The notes under the pieces are model-generated. The model worked only from the letters and a program-made list of their open reading frames with translations. It ran no database searches and was not told the origin of the DNA. Source: Candidatus Rokuibacteriota bacterium (GTDB taxonomy: Bacteria; Methylomirabilota; Methylomirabilia; Rokubacteriales; DASRDR01). From it: 30,023 nt of DNA. Both the position numbers and the translations under genes were made by a program. Below are positions 8,466 to 16,783 of the stretch, piece after piece (the stretch's first letter is position 1; the number at the start of each line of letters is the position of its first letter). The stretch lies in assembly GCA_044866005.1 (NCBI GenBank), contig JBIOTN010000021.1, positions 1 through 30,023 of the forward strand, read 5' to 3'.

Positions 8466-9349
8466 GCGGCGGCCGCGCCCCGCGCGTCCTGGCGGGCGGC
8501 CTGGCGGCGCTGCTCGCGGTCGCGAACGCGTGGGCCGCGGCGGATCTCACCGTCGTCATCGCCCCCGAGCGTCCCGCCCCCGGCGACATCGTCGTGATCC
8601 ACGTGCGGGGCGCGCCGGCGGACCTCGCCGGCGAGTGGGCGGAGCGCCCGCTCCGCTTCTTCCCCGTCCGCGACGGGATGGCCGCGCTGGCGGGCGTGGA
8701 CCTCGACGTCGCCCCGGGCTCGGTGCCCTGGCGGCTCCTGCGCCCGACCGGCCTGGATGTCCGGCTCGTCGTCGGGGCGGGCACGATCCCGGTGGGCGCG
8801 CGAGTCTTCCCCGTCCAGCGACTCACGCTCCCGCGGGCCCAGGTGGATCTCGATCCCCGGACCCTCGCGCGGGTCGAGGCCGAGCACGCCCAGTTCGCCG
8901 CCGCGCTCGCCGCGGGCGCGGCCGAGCGGCTCTGGCGCGGCGCGTTCCGGCTGCCGCTCGAGGGCGGGCGGCCGACGGGCGGCTTCGGCCACCGCCGGAT
9001 CATCAACGGGCAGCCCCGCCAGCCCCACGCGGGGTTCGACTGGGCCGCACCGCGGGGGACGCCGGTGGTCGCCGCCAACGCCGGACGCGTCGCGCTGGTC
9101 GCGGAGCACTTCTTCGCGGGCCGGCTCGTGGTGCTCGACCACGGTCAGGGGTTGTTCACCTACTATTTTCACCTGGACGAAGCCCGGGTCGCGGCGGGCG
9201 AGCCGGTCGCGGCGGGTCAGCCCATCGGCACGGTGGGCCAGACGGGGCGCGCGACGGGGCCGCATCTCCACTTCGGCGTCACGCTCGGCGGGGCCCGGGT
9301 CGACCCGATGGCGCTCCTCACGCTCGCGCTCCCGGTCGAGGCCCCGTAG
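8462..9349 (+). CDS. M23 family metallopeptidase, secreted
   Basis: GTG overlapping the PAC2 stop (GTGA); signal peptide; HAGFD (HxxxD), YFHL, TGPHLHF (HxH). Confidence 0.9.
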   Translation: MSGGRAPRVLAGGLAALLAVANAWAAADLTVVIAPERPAPGDIVVIHVRGAPADLAGEWAERPLRFFPVRDGMAALAGVDLDVAPGSVPWRLLRPTGLDVRLVVGAGTIPVGARVFPVQRLTLPRAQVDLDPRTLARVEAEHAQFAAALAAGAAERLWRGAFRLPLEGGRPTGGFGHRRIINGQPRQPHAGFDWAAPRGTPVVAANAGRVALVAEHFFAGRLVVLDHGQGLFTYYFHLDEARVAAGEPVAAGQPIGTVGQTGRATGPHLHFGVTLGGARVDPMALLTLALPVEAP

Positions 9350-9373
9350 GCCGGCGTCGTCCGGGCCGGGACG

Positions 9374-10855
9374 GTGTCCCCCGTGAAAGACCTCGAGCTG
9401 CTCGTCCTCTCGCGGTATCCGATCATCGCAGTCGAGACGTACGAGGAAGAGCGCGTCGAGGAGGCTCTCCGGGACATCGCGACCCGCCTCGGCGTCCCCT
9501 TCTTCGTCTGGAGCCTCACCGACGGCCTCCGTCGTGACGGGGCGGAGGCGCCGATCTACGACAGCCAGCGGCCGATCATGGCGCTCGCCAACCTCGCCGG
9601 GATCACGCAGGACCACATCTATCTCTTCAAGGACCTCCACCGCCACCTCGACCAGCCCGACGTCGTCCGCAAGCTCCAGGACCTTGCCCGGAGCTTCGGG
9701 CGGGCGCGCCGCGCGATCGTCTTCTCGGCGCCGCGCATCGTGCTGCCCGCGGAGCTGGAGAAGCTCGTCGCGCTCTTTCGGCTCGGCCTCCCCACCGAGG
9801 ACGAGCTGCGCGCGCTCGCCGGCCGCATCGTCACCGAGCTGTCGCGCGAGCACCGGGTGAAGGTGGAGCTGACCCCGACGGAGTTCGACCGGCTCGTGGC
9901 GGGACTGCGGGGCTTCACGCTGTTCGAGGCCGAGCGCGCCGTGACCAAGCTCGTCCTCGACGACTTCGCCCTCAGCCTCCGGGATCTCGACCGGCTGGTC
10001 GAGATCAAGAAGGAGCTCCTCGCCAGGGACGGCGTGCTCGAGTACGTCCCGCCCGACGCCGGGCTGCCCCAGGTGGGCGGCCTCCAGGCGCTGAAGGCGT
10101 GGCTCGGGAAGCGCGCCCCGGCGTTCGCGCCGGAGGCCCGCGGGTTCGGCATCGTCCCGCCCAAGGGCATCCTGCTGCTGGGTGTCCAGGGGTGTGGCAA
10201 GACGATGGCGGCCCGGGCGGTGGCGAAGGAATGGGGCCTGCCGCTCCTCAAGATGGAGCCGGGCCGGCTCTACGACAAGTTCATCGGCGAGTCGGAGCGG
10301 AACCTCGAGCGCGCCCTCGGGATGGCCGAGCGGATGGCGCCGTGCGTGCTCCTGGTGGACGAGATCGAGAAGGGCTTCGCCTACGTGGGGAGCGGCGAGG
10401 CCGACGCCGGGCTGTCCCGGCGGATCTTCGGCCGGCTCCTCGGCTGGCTCCAGGACCGGTCGGCGCCGGTCTTCGTCGTCGCCACCTGTAACCAGGTCGA
10501 CGCCCTCCCGCCGGAGCTCATGCGGAAGGGCCGCTTCGACGAGATCTTCTTCATCGACCTGCCCCGTCGCGAGGAGCGGAAGGAGATCTTCGCCCTCCAC
10601 CTCGCGAAGCGGAAGCGCGATCCCGCGCGCTTCGACCTCGACCGGCTGGCCGACGCCGCCGAGGGCTTCAGCGGGGCGGAGATCGAGCAGGCCATCGTCT
10701 CCGCCCTCTACACCGCCTTCGCCCGCCGGGGCGAGCTCGAGACGGGGGACATCGTCGCCGAGCTCGGCGCGACCAGGCCGCTCTCGGTGACCCGCCGCGA
10801 GGAGGTGGACGCCCTCCGCGCGTGGGCCGAGGGCCGGGCGGTGCCGGCGAGCTAG
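9374..10855 (+). CDS. AAA+ ATPase, Ycf46-like
   Basis: Degenerate N-terminal AAA domain ('FKDLH'); Walker A GVQGCGKT, Walker B LLVDEIEK, SRH 'LPPELMRKGRFD'. Confidence 0.9.
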   Translation: MSPVKDLELLVLSRYPIIAVETYEEERVEEALRDIATRLGVPFFVWSLTDGLRRDGAEAPIYDSQRPIMALANLAGITQDHIYLFKDLHRHLDQPDVVRKLQDLARSFGRARRAIVFSAPRIVLPAELEKLVALFRLGLPTEDELRALAGRIVTELSREHRVKVELTPTEFDRLVAGLRGFTLFEAERAVTKLVLDDFALSLRDLDRLVEIKKELLARDGVLEYVPPDAGLPQVGGLQALKAWLGKRAPAFAPEARGFGIVPPKGILLLGVQGCGKTMAARAVAKEWGLPLLKMEPGRLYDKFIGESERNLERALGMAERMAPCVLLVDEIEKGFAYVGSGEADAGLSRRIFGRLLGWLQDRSAPVFVVATCNQVDALPPELMRKGRFDEIFFIDLPRREERKEIFALHLAKRKRDPARFDLDRLADAAEGFSGAEIEQAIVSALYTAFARRGELETGDIVAELGATRPLSVTRREEVDALRAWAEGRAVPAS

Positions 10856-10861
10856 CGACCG

Positions 10862-10890
10862 CGGCGGGGGCCTCGACGGCCCCTCCGAAG
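10862..10890 (-). repeat. REP-like palindrome copy
   Basis: Reverse complement reads CTTCGGAGGGGCCGTCGAGGCCCCCGCCG. Confidence 0.65.
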
Positions 10891-10906
10891 CAGCCACGCT
10901 CCGGCC

Positions 10907-11578
10907 ATGCCCGACCAGTCCGCGAGACTGCGACGCCGCGCGGCCGTCGAGCTGTCGGCCTGGGGCGGCCTGACGGCGCTCTACCTCGGCCTCCTGCCCG
11001 AACGCCCGGCCGCCCTCGACGCCGGCCTGGCGGTGGTGGCCCTCGCTCTCGTCGGGCTCACCGCGGGGGACACGCGCGCGCGGTTCTGGGGACCGGCGGG
11101 GTCGCCGGCCGGCCTGCGGCGCCGGCGGGCCGCGCGCCACATGGTGCTCGTGACGCTCCCCGTGCTCGCGCTCTTCGCCGTGTTCGGGGCGTGGGACGCG
11201 TTCGGCGCGCGCCGCCAGTGGGCGGACGTCGCCGCGCGCCTCGTCAGCCGCCGATTCTTCCTCGCGCTCGGGCTCTACGTCCCGTGGGCGTTCGCCCAGC
11301 AGACGCTCTTCCAGTTCTATCTGCTCGGCCGACTGCGCGCGCTCTGGCCGGGCGCGGCCCCGGCGCGCCTGGCGGCCCTGGGCGGCGCGACCTACGGCCT
11401 GGTCCATGCCCCGGCGTGGGATCTGGTCCTGCTCACGACGGCCGGCGGGGTGGTCTGGAGCTACGCGTACGCCCGGGATCGGTGCCTCACGCCCCTCGCG
11501 CTCTCCCACGCGGCGCTCGGCGCGACGTTTTACCACTGGGTCCGGGACCGCGATCTCCTCGCGGCCTGGCTCGGCTAG
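10907..11578 (+). CDS. CPBP/Abi (CAAX protease)-like intramembrane protein with divergent catalytic motif
   Basis: Multi-TM; 'FAQQTLFQ' at the EExxxR position, 'YGLVH', 'LALSHAALG'. Confidence 0.65.
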   Translation: MPDQSARLRRRAAVELSAWGGLTALYLGLLPERPAALDAGLAVVALALVGLTAGDTRARFWGPAGSPAGLRRRRAARHMVLVTLPVLALFAVFGAWDAFGARRQWADVAARLVSRRFFLALGLYVPWAFAQQTLFQFYLLGRLRALWPGAAPARLAALGGATYGLVHAPAWDLVLLTTAGGVVWSYAYARDRCLTPLALSHAALGATFYHWVRDRDLLAAWLG

Positions 11579-11653
11579 TCTCTTCGTCAGGAGGGGAGCG
11601 GTTGACCTTCCGATCGCGTCCTCTGTCCGAACCTCGTCAGGCCTCGCCGGCCG

Positions 11654-12733
11654 TCATTCCCCGGCCGGGGTGGGGATCGCGGCGGCGAGGCGGCGGGCAT
11701 AGCGCCCGAGCCCCCGATTCGAGCCGACCAGCAGGACGGACACGGCGAGCAGCCGGCGGACCTCGGGCCGCGGCACCTTCACGACGACGTCGGGGTCCAG
11801 GAGGTTCCGGGCGCGGGCCAGGCGGCCGAGCGTCGCGAGCCCGATCAAGAGCGGCCAGGCGCAGGCCAGGCGAAGGCGCAGCTCGCGGCGCGGGACGGCC
11901 AGCGTGTAGGCGAGCCCTTCCACGAGGTGCGCGCGCGCCTGGGCCCCGAGACGATCCAGGAGCGGCCGGACGCGGCCGAGCGCCGCCGGGTCCAGGAGGT
12001 CCGCGGGCGCGAGGGCCAGCGCGGCCAGCTCGACGCGCGGCAGGTAGCAGCGCCCGAGGCGGAGGTCGCGCGGCAGGTCGCGCAGGACGTTCGTGAGCTG
12101 GAGCCCCTGCCCGAACCGCACCCCCCGCGCGCGCATGCGGGCGAGGTCCCACCGGACGGCGCAGCGCGGCCGATGCGCGGCCACCATGTCGGTCCAGAAC
12201 TCTCCCACGCAGCCCGCGTTCATGTACGTGTAGCGGTCGAGCTCGGCCGGCGTCTCGAGCGCCGCCACCCGGTCTGCCTGCCCCGGTGGGAAGCGCTCGA
12301 GGGCCTCGAGCATCGCCTGGGTCAGGAGGAGGAGCACGGTCTGGCTGCGGGCCCGGTCGGCCGGCGCGAGCGCCCCGTACGCGGCGAACGCCTCGGGCAG
12401 CCGCTGGAGGAGCCGGCGCTCCGCGGCCCCGTGGTCGGGCGGGATGGCCGCCGCCAGCCCGCCGAGCCCCGCGCCGTCGCCGCCGGCGAGCGCCGCGCGG
12501 AGGGCCTCGACGTGACGGCGGCGCTCCCCGGGCGGGAGGGCGCGCGTGTCCGCGATCGTGTCGGCGGCGCGCGCCAGGAGGTAGGTGATCCCGAACGGCG
12601 CGCGGAGCGGAGCGGGCAGGATCCGGAGCGAGAGGGCGAAGGAGCGGCTGACGCCCGGCAGGACCCGATCGAGCAGCTCGGACTCCCGCGAGGCGGCGAT
12701 CGCGCTCCCCCGCGCCGGCGGCGGCGACCTCAG
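11654..12733 (-). CDS. Squalene/phytoene synthase family protein (start codon uncertain, probably non-canonical)
   Basis: 'VSRSFALSL', 'YLLARAADTIAD', 'YMNAGCVG', 'LQLTNVLRDLPRDLRLGRCYLP'. Confidence 0.88.
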   Translation of the reverse strand: MRSPPPARGSAIAASRESELLDRVLPGVSRSFALSLRILPAPLRAPFGITYLLARAADTIADTRALPPGERRRHVEALRAALAGGDGAGLGGLAAAIPPDHGAAERRLLQRLPEAFAAYGALAPADRARSQTVLLLLTQAMLEALERFPPGQADRVAALETPAELDRYTYMNAGCVGEFWTDMVAAHRPRCAVRWDLARMRARGVRFGQGLQLTNVLRDLPRDLRLGRCYLPRVELAALALAPADLLDPAALGRVRPLLDRLGAQARAHLVEGLAYTLAVPRRELRLRLACAWPLLIGLATLGRLARARNLLDPDVVVKVPRPEVRRLLAVSVLLVGSNRGLGRYARRLAAAIPTPAGE

Positions 12734-13038
12734 TCGAGGTCGATCGGGCGGGGGCCGGGGTCCGGCATGTCCTTCGCGCGCTTGAGGCCGGCCTCGAACT
12801 TCCGCGCGAGGACCTGGTCTTTGGCCTTCTCGGCCTCCGCCGCCTCGCGGAAGCGCGCCTCCCGCCGGGCCTGCTCGCCCTTGAGGGCCTCCATCGCCTT
12901 GTCCAGGCTCGCCGCGGGCCCCGTCCGGGGCGGCGCCGTGTGCTGGAGCACGGCGCGCACCTCGGGGTCGATCGTGAGCACCGCGCGGCAGCAGGGGCAC
13001 GCGACCTCGAAGGATGGGGCGGGCTTCCCCTTGGCCAT
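12730..13038 (-). CDS. Small hypothetical protein with CPCC (Zn-ribbon-like) N-terminus and coiled coil
   Basis: AGGAG RBS; 'FEVACPCCRAVLTIDP', helical C-terminus ending 'PIDLD'. Confidence 0.75.
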   Translation of the reverse strand: MAKGKPAPSFEVACPCCRAVLTIDPEVRAVLQHTAPPRTGPAASLDKAMEALKGEQARREARFREAAEAEKAKDQVLARKFEAGLKRAKDMPDPGPRPIDLD

Positions 13039-13107
13039 GGTCTATCTCCTATCACGCCGCCCCGCCGCCCGCAACCCGGGCCGCGACCCTGCCCCCCCGC
13101 CGGGCGC

Positions 13108-14187
13108 TCAGCGGCGCGGCCAGCGGGCGACCGGCCGGCTCACGGCGCGGGAGAAGCAGCAGTTCGGGACCACGGCCGAGTGCTTGCCCGGGCCGCCCGC
13201 GACCATCACCAGGACGTCCTCGGGCCCGGGGACGATCGGGAGCGGCGCCGACTCGTCGGCCGTCGCCATCCACCGCGGCCAGTCCTGGAGGCCCCACATC
13301 CCGCCGAGCTTCCGGCGGGCGAGCGGGATCCGCGCGTGCTCGTAGAGATGGCGCTGGACGTCGGCGCGCGTGAAGCCGTCCGCGGCGATCGTCGCGGCGT
13401 GCTCGGGGCCGAAGACGACGAGGAGCTGGCTCTGCGACAGGTACCAGCCGACGTTCGAGCCGAGCGTCGCCGCGCTGTCGGCGACGACGGCCAGGAGGTT
13501 CGCCGCCCGCTGGCTCACGTGGTCGTTGACGTTGTGCGGCGCCTCCCCCCCGAAGACCGTCACCACGCTCTCCGCGGGATCGAACCCCCGGCTCGCGTGG
13601 AGCGGGCCCCAGGGATTCGCCTCCTCCCGCTCCGCGATGGCGTAGCTGTACTTGGCGGGGCTGCCCTGGGTCGCCATGTCGCCCGACCCCGGGCGCGCGC
13701 CGCCGAGGTTCCAGAGGCAGAGCCGCACGGCGCGCCCCAGCGTCGCGTTCGCCGCGTTGCCGGGCCCGAAGACGCCGGCGCCCGCGTGCATCCCGAGCCG
13801 CGCGATGGCAGGGCCGTTCACCACGACGAGCGGGGCCACGGGATGCGTCGTCGCCTGGACGCCGTAGAGGTTGAAGGCCGGATCGAGCATCGCCTCGAGC
13901 GCGGCCACGAGGACCGGCAGGGCGGCGGGCGCGCCGCCGGCCATGACCGCGTTGATCGCCACCTTCTCCACGGTCGCCTCCGCCCAGAGCGGCGGCACCT
14001 TGCCAAGGACGTGGCCGGGCTCCGCGTCGATCCCGGCCAGCATCGCCGCCACGCGCTCGGGCGTCGGCGGGACGATCGGCAGCCCGTCGCTCCAGCCGCG
14101 CTCGGCGAAATGGGCGAGCACGGCCTCGAGGCTGTCCGGGAGCTCGACGACCTCGGAGGCGAGCGGGATCCCGCCGGGGCGGCTCAC
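13108..14187 (-). CDS. UGSC-associated conserved protein ('GWSDGLPIVPPT' family)
   Basis: 'ERGWSDGLPIVPPT', 'TVEKVAINAVMAG', 'ANATLGRA', 'VAGGPGKH' motifs; 4 nt downstream of the UGSC gene. Confidence 0.8.
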   Translation of the reverse strand: MSRPGGIPLASEVVELPDSLEAVLAHFAERGWSDGLPIVPPTPERVAAMLAGIDAEPGHVLGKVPPLWAEATVEKVAINAVMAGGAPAALPVLVAALEAMLDPAFNLYGVQATTHPVAPLVVVNGPAIARLGMHAGAGVFGPGNAANATLGRAVRLCLWNLGGARPGSGDMATQGSPAKYSYAIAEREEANPWGPLHASRGFDPAESVVTVFGGEAPHNVNDHVSQRAANLLAVVADSAATLGSNVGWYLSQSQLLVVFGPEHAATIAADGFTRADVQRHLYEHARIPLARRKLGGMWGLQDWPRWMATADESAPLPIVPGPEDVLVMVAGGPGKHSAVVPNCCFSRAVSRPVARWPRR

Positions 14188-14191
14188 GGCG

Positions 14192-14716
14192 TCAGCGCCC
14201 GAGCCGCGCGAGCAGCTGGCTCACGGCCTGGGTCGCCTTGGCGGCGACCCGCTCGGGCGCCTCCCCGCCGAGCGGATGCTCGATCACGAGCACCGGGAGG
14301 CGCTCCATCCCGAGCGCGTGGGCCTCGCGCTGGGCCAGGGGCGCGAAGGCGGTGGTGGTGACGACGACGACCGGAGTGCCGGCCCGCGCCAGCGTGACGG
14401 CGTCGTGGAGACTCCACGACGTGCAGGAGCCTCAGTCGGCGGAGCCGGTGACGACGAGGTCGAGGCCCTGGAGGGCGGCCAGCGTCTCCGGCGCGGCCGG
14501 CGTCGCGACGTTGGCCTTCCGCTGGTAGACGACACGCGCGAGCGGGTGGCGCTCGCGGAGGAGCGCCTCCATGTGTCGCGCCAGCAGCTCGAAGTTCGCC
14601 TTGGTGTTGTCGAGGAAGCCGAGCGACTTGCCCGCCAGGTCGGCCGGCAGCGGCCGCGCCGCGCTCTGGCCGACCTTGCTCTCGGCGACGGGACTCAGGA
14701 CGCGAATCGTGCGCAT
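14192..14716 (-). CDS. UGSC family selenoprotein (thioredoxin-like UxxC), 174 aa with Sec at residue 95
   Basis: GGAGG RBS, ATG 14716; '...GFLDNTKAN...VVTGSAD-TGA(14434..14432)-GSCTSWSLHDAVTLARAGTPVVVVTTTAF...EHPLGG...LGR*'; coding-like frame continues past the TGA. Confidence 0.9.
14401..14421 (-). promoter_or_regulatory. Bacterial SECIS element of the UGSC gene
   Basis: mRNA reads UGA-GGCUCCUGCA-CGUCGUGG(AGUCU)CCACGACG: stem starts at +11, GU in the apical loop. Confidence 0.8.
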
Positions 14717-14755
14717 CGGTGCCTCCGGCTCGGTGCAGGCTGGGTCTCGTGCCCT

Positions 14756-14784
14756 GTGATAGCATCCGCGCCCGTCCCGGTCAA
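14756..14784 (-). promoter_or_regulatory. Putative sigma70 promoter of the UGSC operon
   Basis: TTGACC-17 nt-TATCAC with extended TG, minus strand. Confidence 0.55.
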
Positions 14785-14907
14785 GACGACGCGGCCCGCG
14801 AGTCGACGATGTTCCACCCCACCGGCGCGGCTTCCAGCCGGACGCCGCGCCGCAAGAGTCGCTCGCGGGCGACGGTCGCCTCGCGGTCCACCGTCCGGGC
14901 CGCGGGC

Positions 14908-15291
14908 CTACCGCGGGTCGAGGTGGACCGCGACGGCGTGGGCCGGGCGACCGCTCCCGTTGCGGACGTTGTGCTCGGCGCGCGGCGTCTTCCAGTACGC
15001 CTGCCCCGCCTTGAGCGTGCGGGTGCGGCCGTCGGCGAAGACCTCTTCCAGTTCCCCCTCCAGCATCACGAACACGACCGGGCCGGGATGGCTGTGGCGT
15101 CCCGTCTCCGCGCCGGGCTCCCAGTGGTCGAGGTTCACGTGGACGCGGGTTCGGCGAGGGATCTCGTCGGTCGCGACATCGAGGACGACGTCGGCCCACA
15201 TGCGCGGCCTGGGCTGGCTCGCCGCGCGGCCGGCCGCGAGGCCGGCGGTGAAGGCCAGGAGCAACGCGAGGCTGGCGACGAGACGCCGCAT
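14908..15291 (-). CDS. Secreted cupin domain protein
   Basis: GGAGGAG RBS; signal peptide; 'GRHSHPGPVVFVMLEGE' and 'AEHNVRN' cupin motifs. Confidence 0.85.
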   Translation of the reverse strand: MRRLVASLALLLAFTAGLAAGRAASQPRPRMWADVVLDVATDEIPRRTRVHVNLDHWEPGAETGRHSHPGPVVFVMLEGELEEVFADGRTRTLKAGQAYWKTPRAEHNVRNGSGRPAHAVAVHLDPR

Positions 15292-15324
15292 GGTCTCCTC
15301 CGCGTGGTGTCCGCGACTCGCCCG

Positions 15325-15492
15325 TCAGGCCGCCCGGGGGAGCCGGTGGCTCTGCTCGGCGGAAGTCGGCTCGATGAGGATCAGACGCGCCGTGGTGGAG
15401 ATCTCGACCGACGCCTGGATCGCCCTCTCCAGCCGGCGGACGGCGGCCTCGAGGAACGCCGCGATGACCGCGGTCCGGCATTCTTCCGCCAT
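15325..15492 (-). CDS. Small hypothetical protein, 55 aa (MAEECRTAVIAAFLEAAVRRLERAIQASVEISTTARLILIEP...)
   Basis: Absent from the ORF track; purine-rich upstream sequence; strong GC3 codon bias; co-oriented with neighbours. Confidence 0.5.
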   Translation of the reverse strand: MAEECRTAVIAAFLEAAVRRLERAIQASVEISTTARLILIEPTSAEQSHRLPRAA

Positions 15493-15544
15493 GCGCGGGT
15501 GCACCCTTTCTCCCGCGGTCCAGCAAGCCGGATACCAGATTCGG

Positions 15545-15575
15545 CTTCGGCGGGGGCCGCCGAGCCCCCCGCCGA
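15545..15575. repeat. REP-like palindrome copy / terminator
   Basis: CTTCGGCGGGGGCCGCCGAGCCCCCCGCCGA just downstream of the CoA-transferase. Confidence 0.6.
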
Positions 15576-15579
15576 CCGC

Positions 15580-16761
15580 TCAGCGGATCGCGCCGATGGC
15601 GCGGAGCCGCTCGATCTCGTCCGCGCGATAGCCGGCTTCGAGGAGCACCGCGTCCGTGTGCTCGCCCAGCGCGGGCGGCGGACCCGGCGGTGCGCCGGGG
15701 GTCTCGGTGAGCCGGACGGGGACGCCGAGCTGGCGCACGGTCCCGAGCCCGGGATGCGCGGCCGTGCCGAGCGTGCCGTTCACCGCGGCCTGGGGATCGG
15801 CCAGGAGCTCGGGGACGGCGCGGACGCGCGTGCACGGGATGTCGGCGCGCTCGAAGACGGCCTCCCACTCCTCCGCCGTGCGCGCGGCCAGGCGCTCGGT
15901 GATGCGCGCGATCAGCTCGGCCTTGTGCGTGTGCCGGCCGACCATCGTCTGGAGCCGCGGGTCGTCGAGCCACGCGTCGAGCCCGAGCGTCCGGCAGAGG
16001 CCCTCCCAGAACTTCGGCAGCTCGACGTAGAGGTAGAGGTACCCCTCGCCCGTGGGATAGATCCGGGAGACCCGATCGCCGAGGAGGTCGCGCACCGCCT
16101 CCCGCGGCTCGCGGGCTTCCGCCCAGAAGAGCCGGCCGGCCTGCATGGCGAGCACGCCGTCGAGGAGGGAGGTCTCGACGTATTGCCCGGCGCCGCTCCG
16201 GCCCCGGGCGACCAGGGCGAGCAGGATGGCGGAGGCCGCGAGGCTGCCGGTGTAGTAGTCGACGAGGCTGCCCCGCACCAGGGCCGGCGCCTCTCCGTCG
16301 GGCGCGCCCTGCTCCCAGGCCAGCCCGCCGTAGCACTGGACGACCGGGTCGAGGCCCGGCCGCCCCGCGAGCGGGCCGCGCTGGCCGTACGCCGAGACGG
16401 AGCAGTAGACCAGTCGCGGATTGACCTCGCGGAGCGACGCGTAGTCCATCCCCAGCCGGGCGGCGACGCCGGGGCGGAAGCTCTCTACGAGGACGTCCGC
16501 CTCCCGCGCGAGGCGGCGCGCCAGGGCGCGCCCCTCGGGGTGCTTGAGGTCGACGGCGACGCTGCGCTTGCCGCGGTTGACCCCGAGGAAGTAGCGGCTC
16601 TGGCCCGGCAGCGTCGAGGGGTAGCCGCGGAGCGCGTCCCCCTCGAGCGGCTCGAGCTTGACGACGTCGGCGCCGAAGGTCGCCAGGAACGCGGTGGCGA
16701 TGGGGCCGGCGATGATCGCCGAGAGGTCGACGACCCGCGTCCCCTCGAGGGGGCCGGCCAC
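15580..16761 (-). CDS. CaiB/BaiF family III CoA-transferase
   Basis: 'GPLEGTRVVDLS', 'GADVVKLE', 'NRGKRS', 'ESFRPG', catalytic Asp in 'VDYYTG', 'PALGEHT'. Confidence 0.93.
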   Translation of the reverse strand: MAGPLEGTRVVDLSAIIAGPIATAFLATFGADVVKLEPLEGDALRGYPSTLPGQSRYFLGVNRGKRSVAVDLKHPEGRALARRLAREADVLVESFRPGVAARLGMDYASLREVNPRLVYCSVSAYGQRGPLAGRPGLDPVVQCYGGLAWEQGAPDGEAPALVRGSLVDYYTGSLAASAILLALVARGRSGAGQYVETSLLDGVLAMQAGRLFWAEAREPREAVRDLLGDRVSRIYPTGEGYLYLYVELPKFWEGLCRTLGLDAWLDDPRLQTMVGRHTHKAELIARITERLAARTAEEWEAVFERADIPCTRVRAVPELLADPQAAVNGTLGTAAHPGLGTVRQLGVPVRLTETPGAPPGPPPALGEHTDAVLLEAGYRADEIERLRAIGAIR

Positions 16762-16783
16762 GGCGCGCGCTACACCGCGCGGC

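Noticed and set aside
8318..11536. 1072-aa minus-strand ORF and similar long ORFs (14719..17133, 18677..20791, 22816..24750, 26124..28319)
   Set aside because: Shadow frames antisense to well-supported genes; Arg/Gly/Pro-rich translations are expected at this GC content.
14432..16336. 634-aa minus-strand ORF
   Set aside because: Only the last 94 codons (from ATG 14716) are real, as the N-terminal half of the UGSC selenoprotein; the rest overlaps the CoA-transferase and cupin out of frame.
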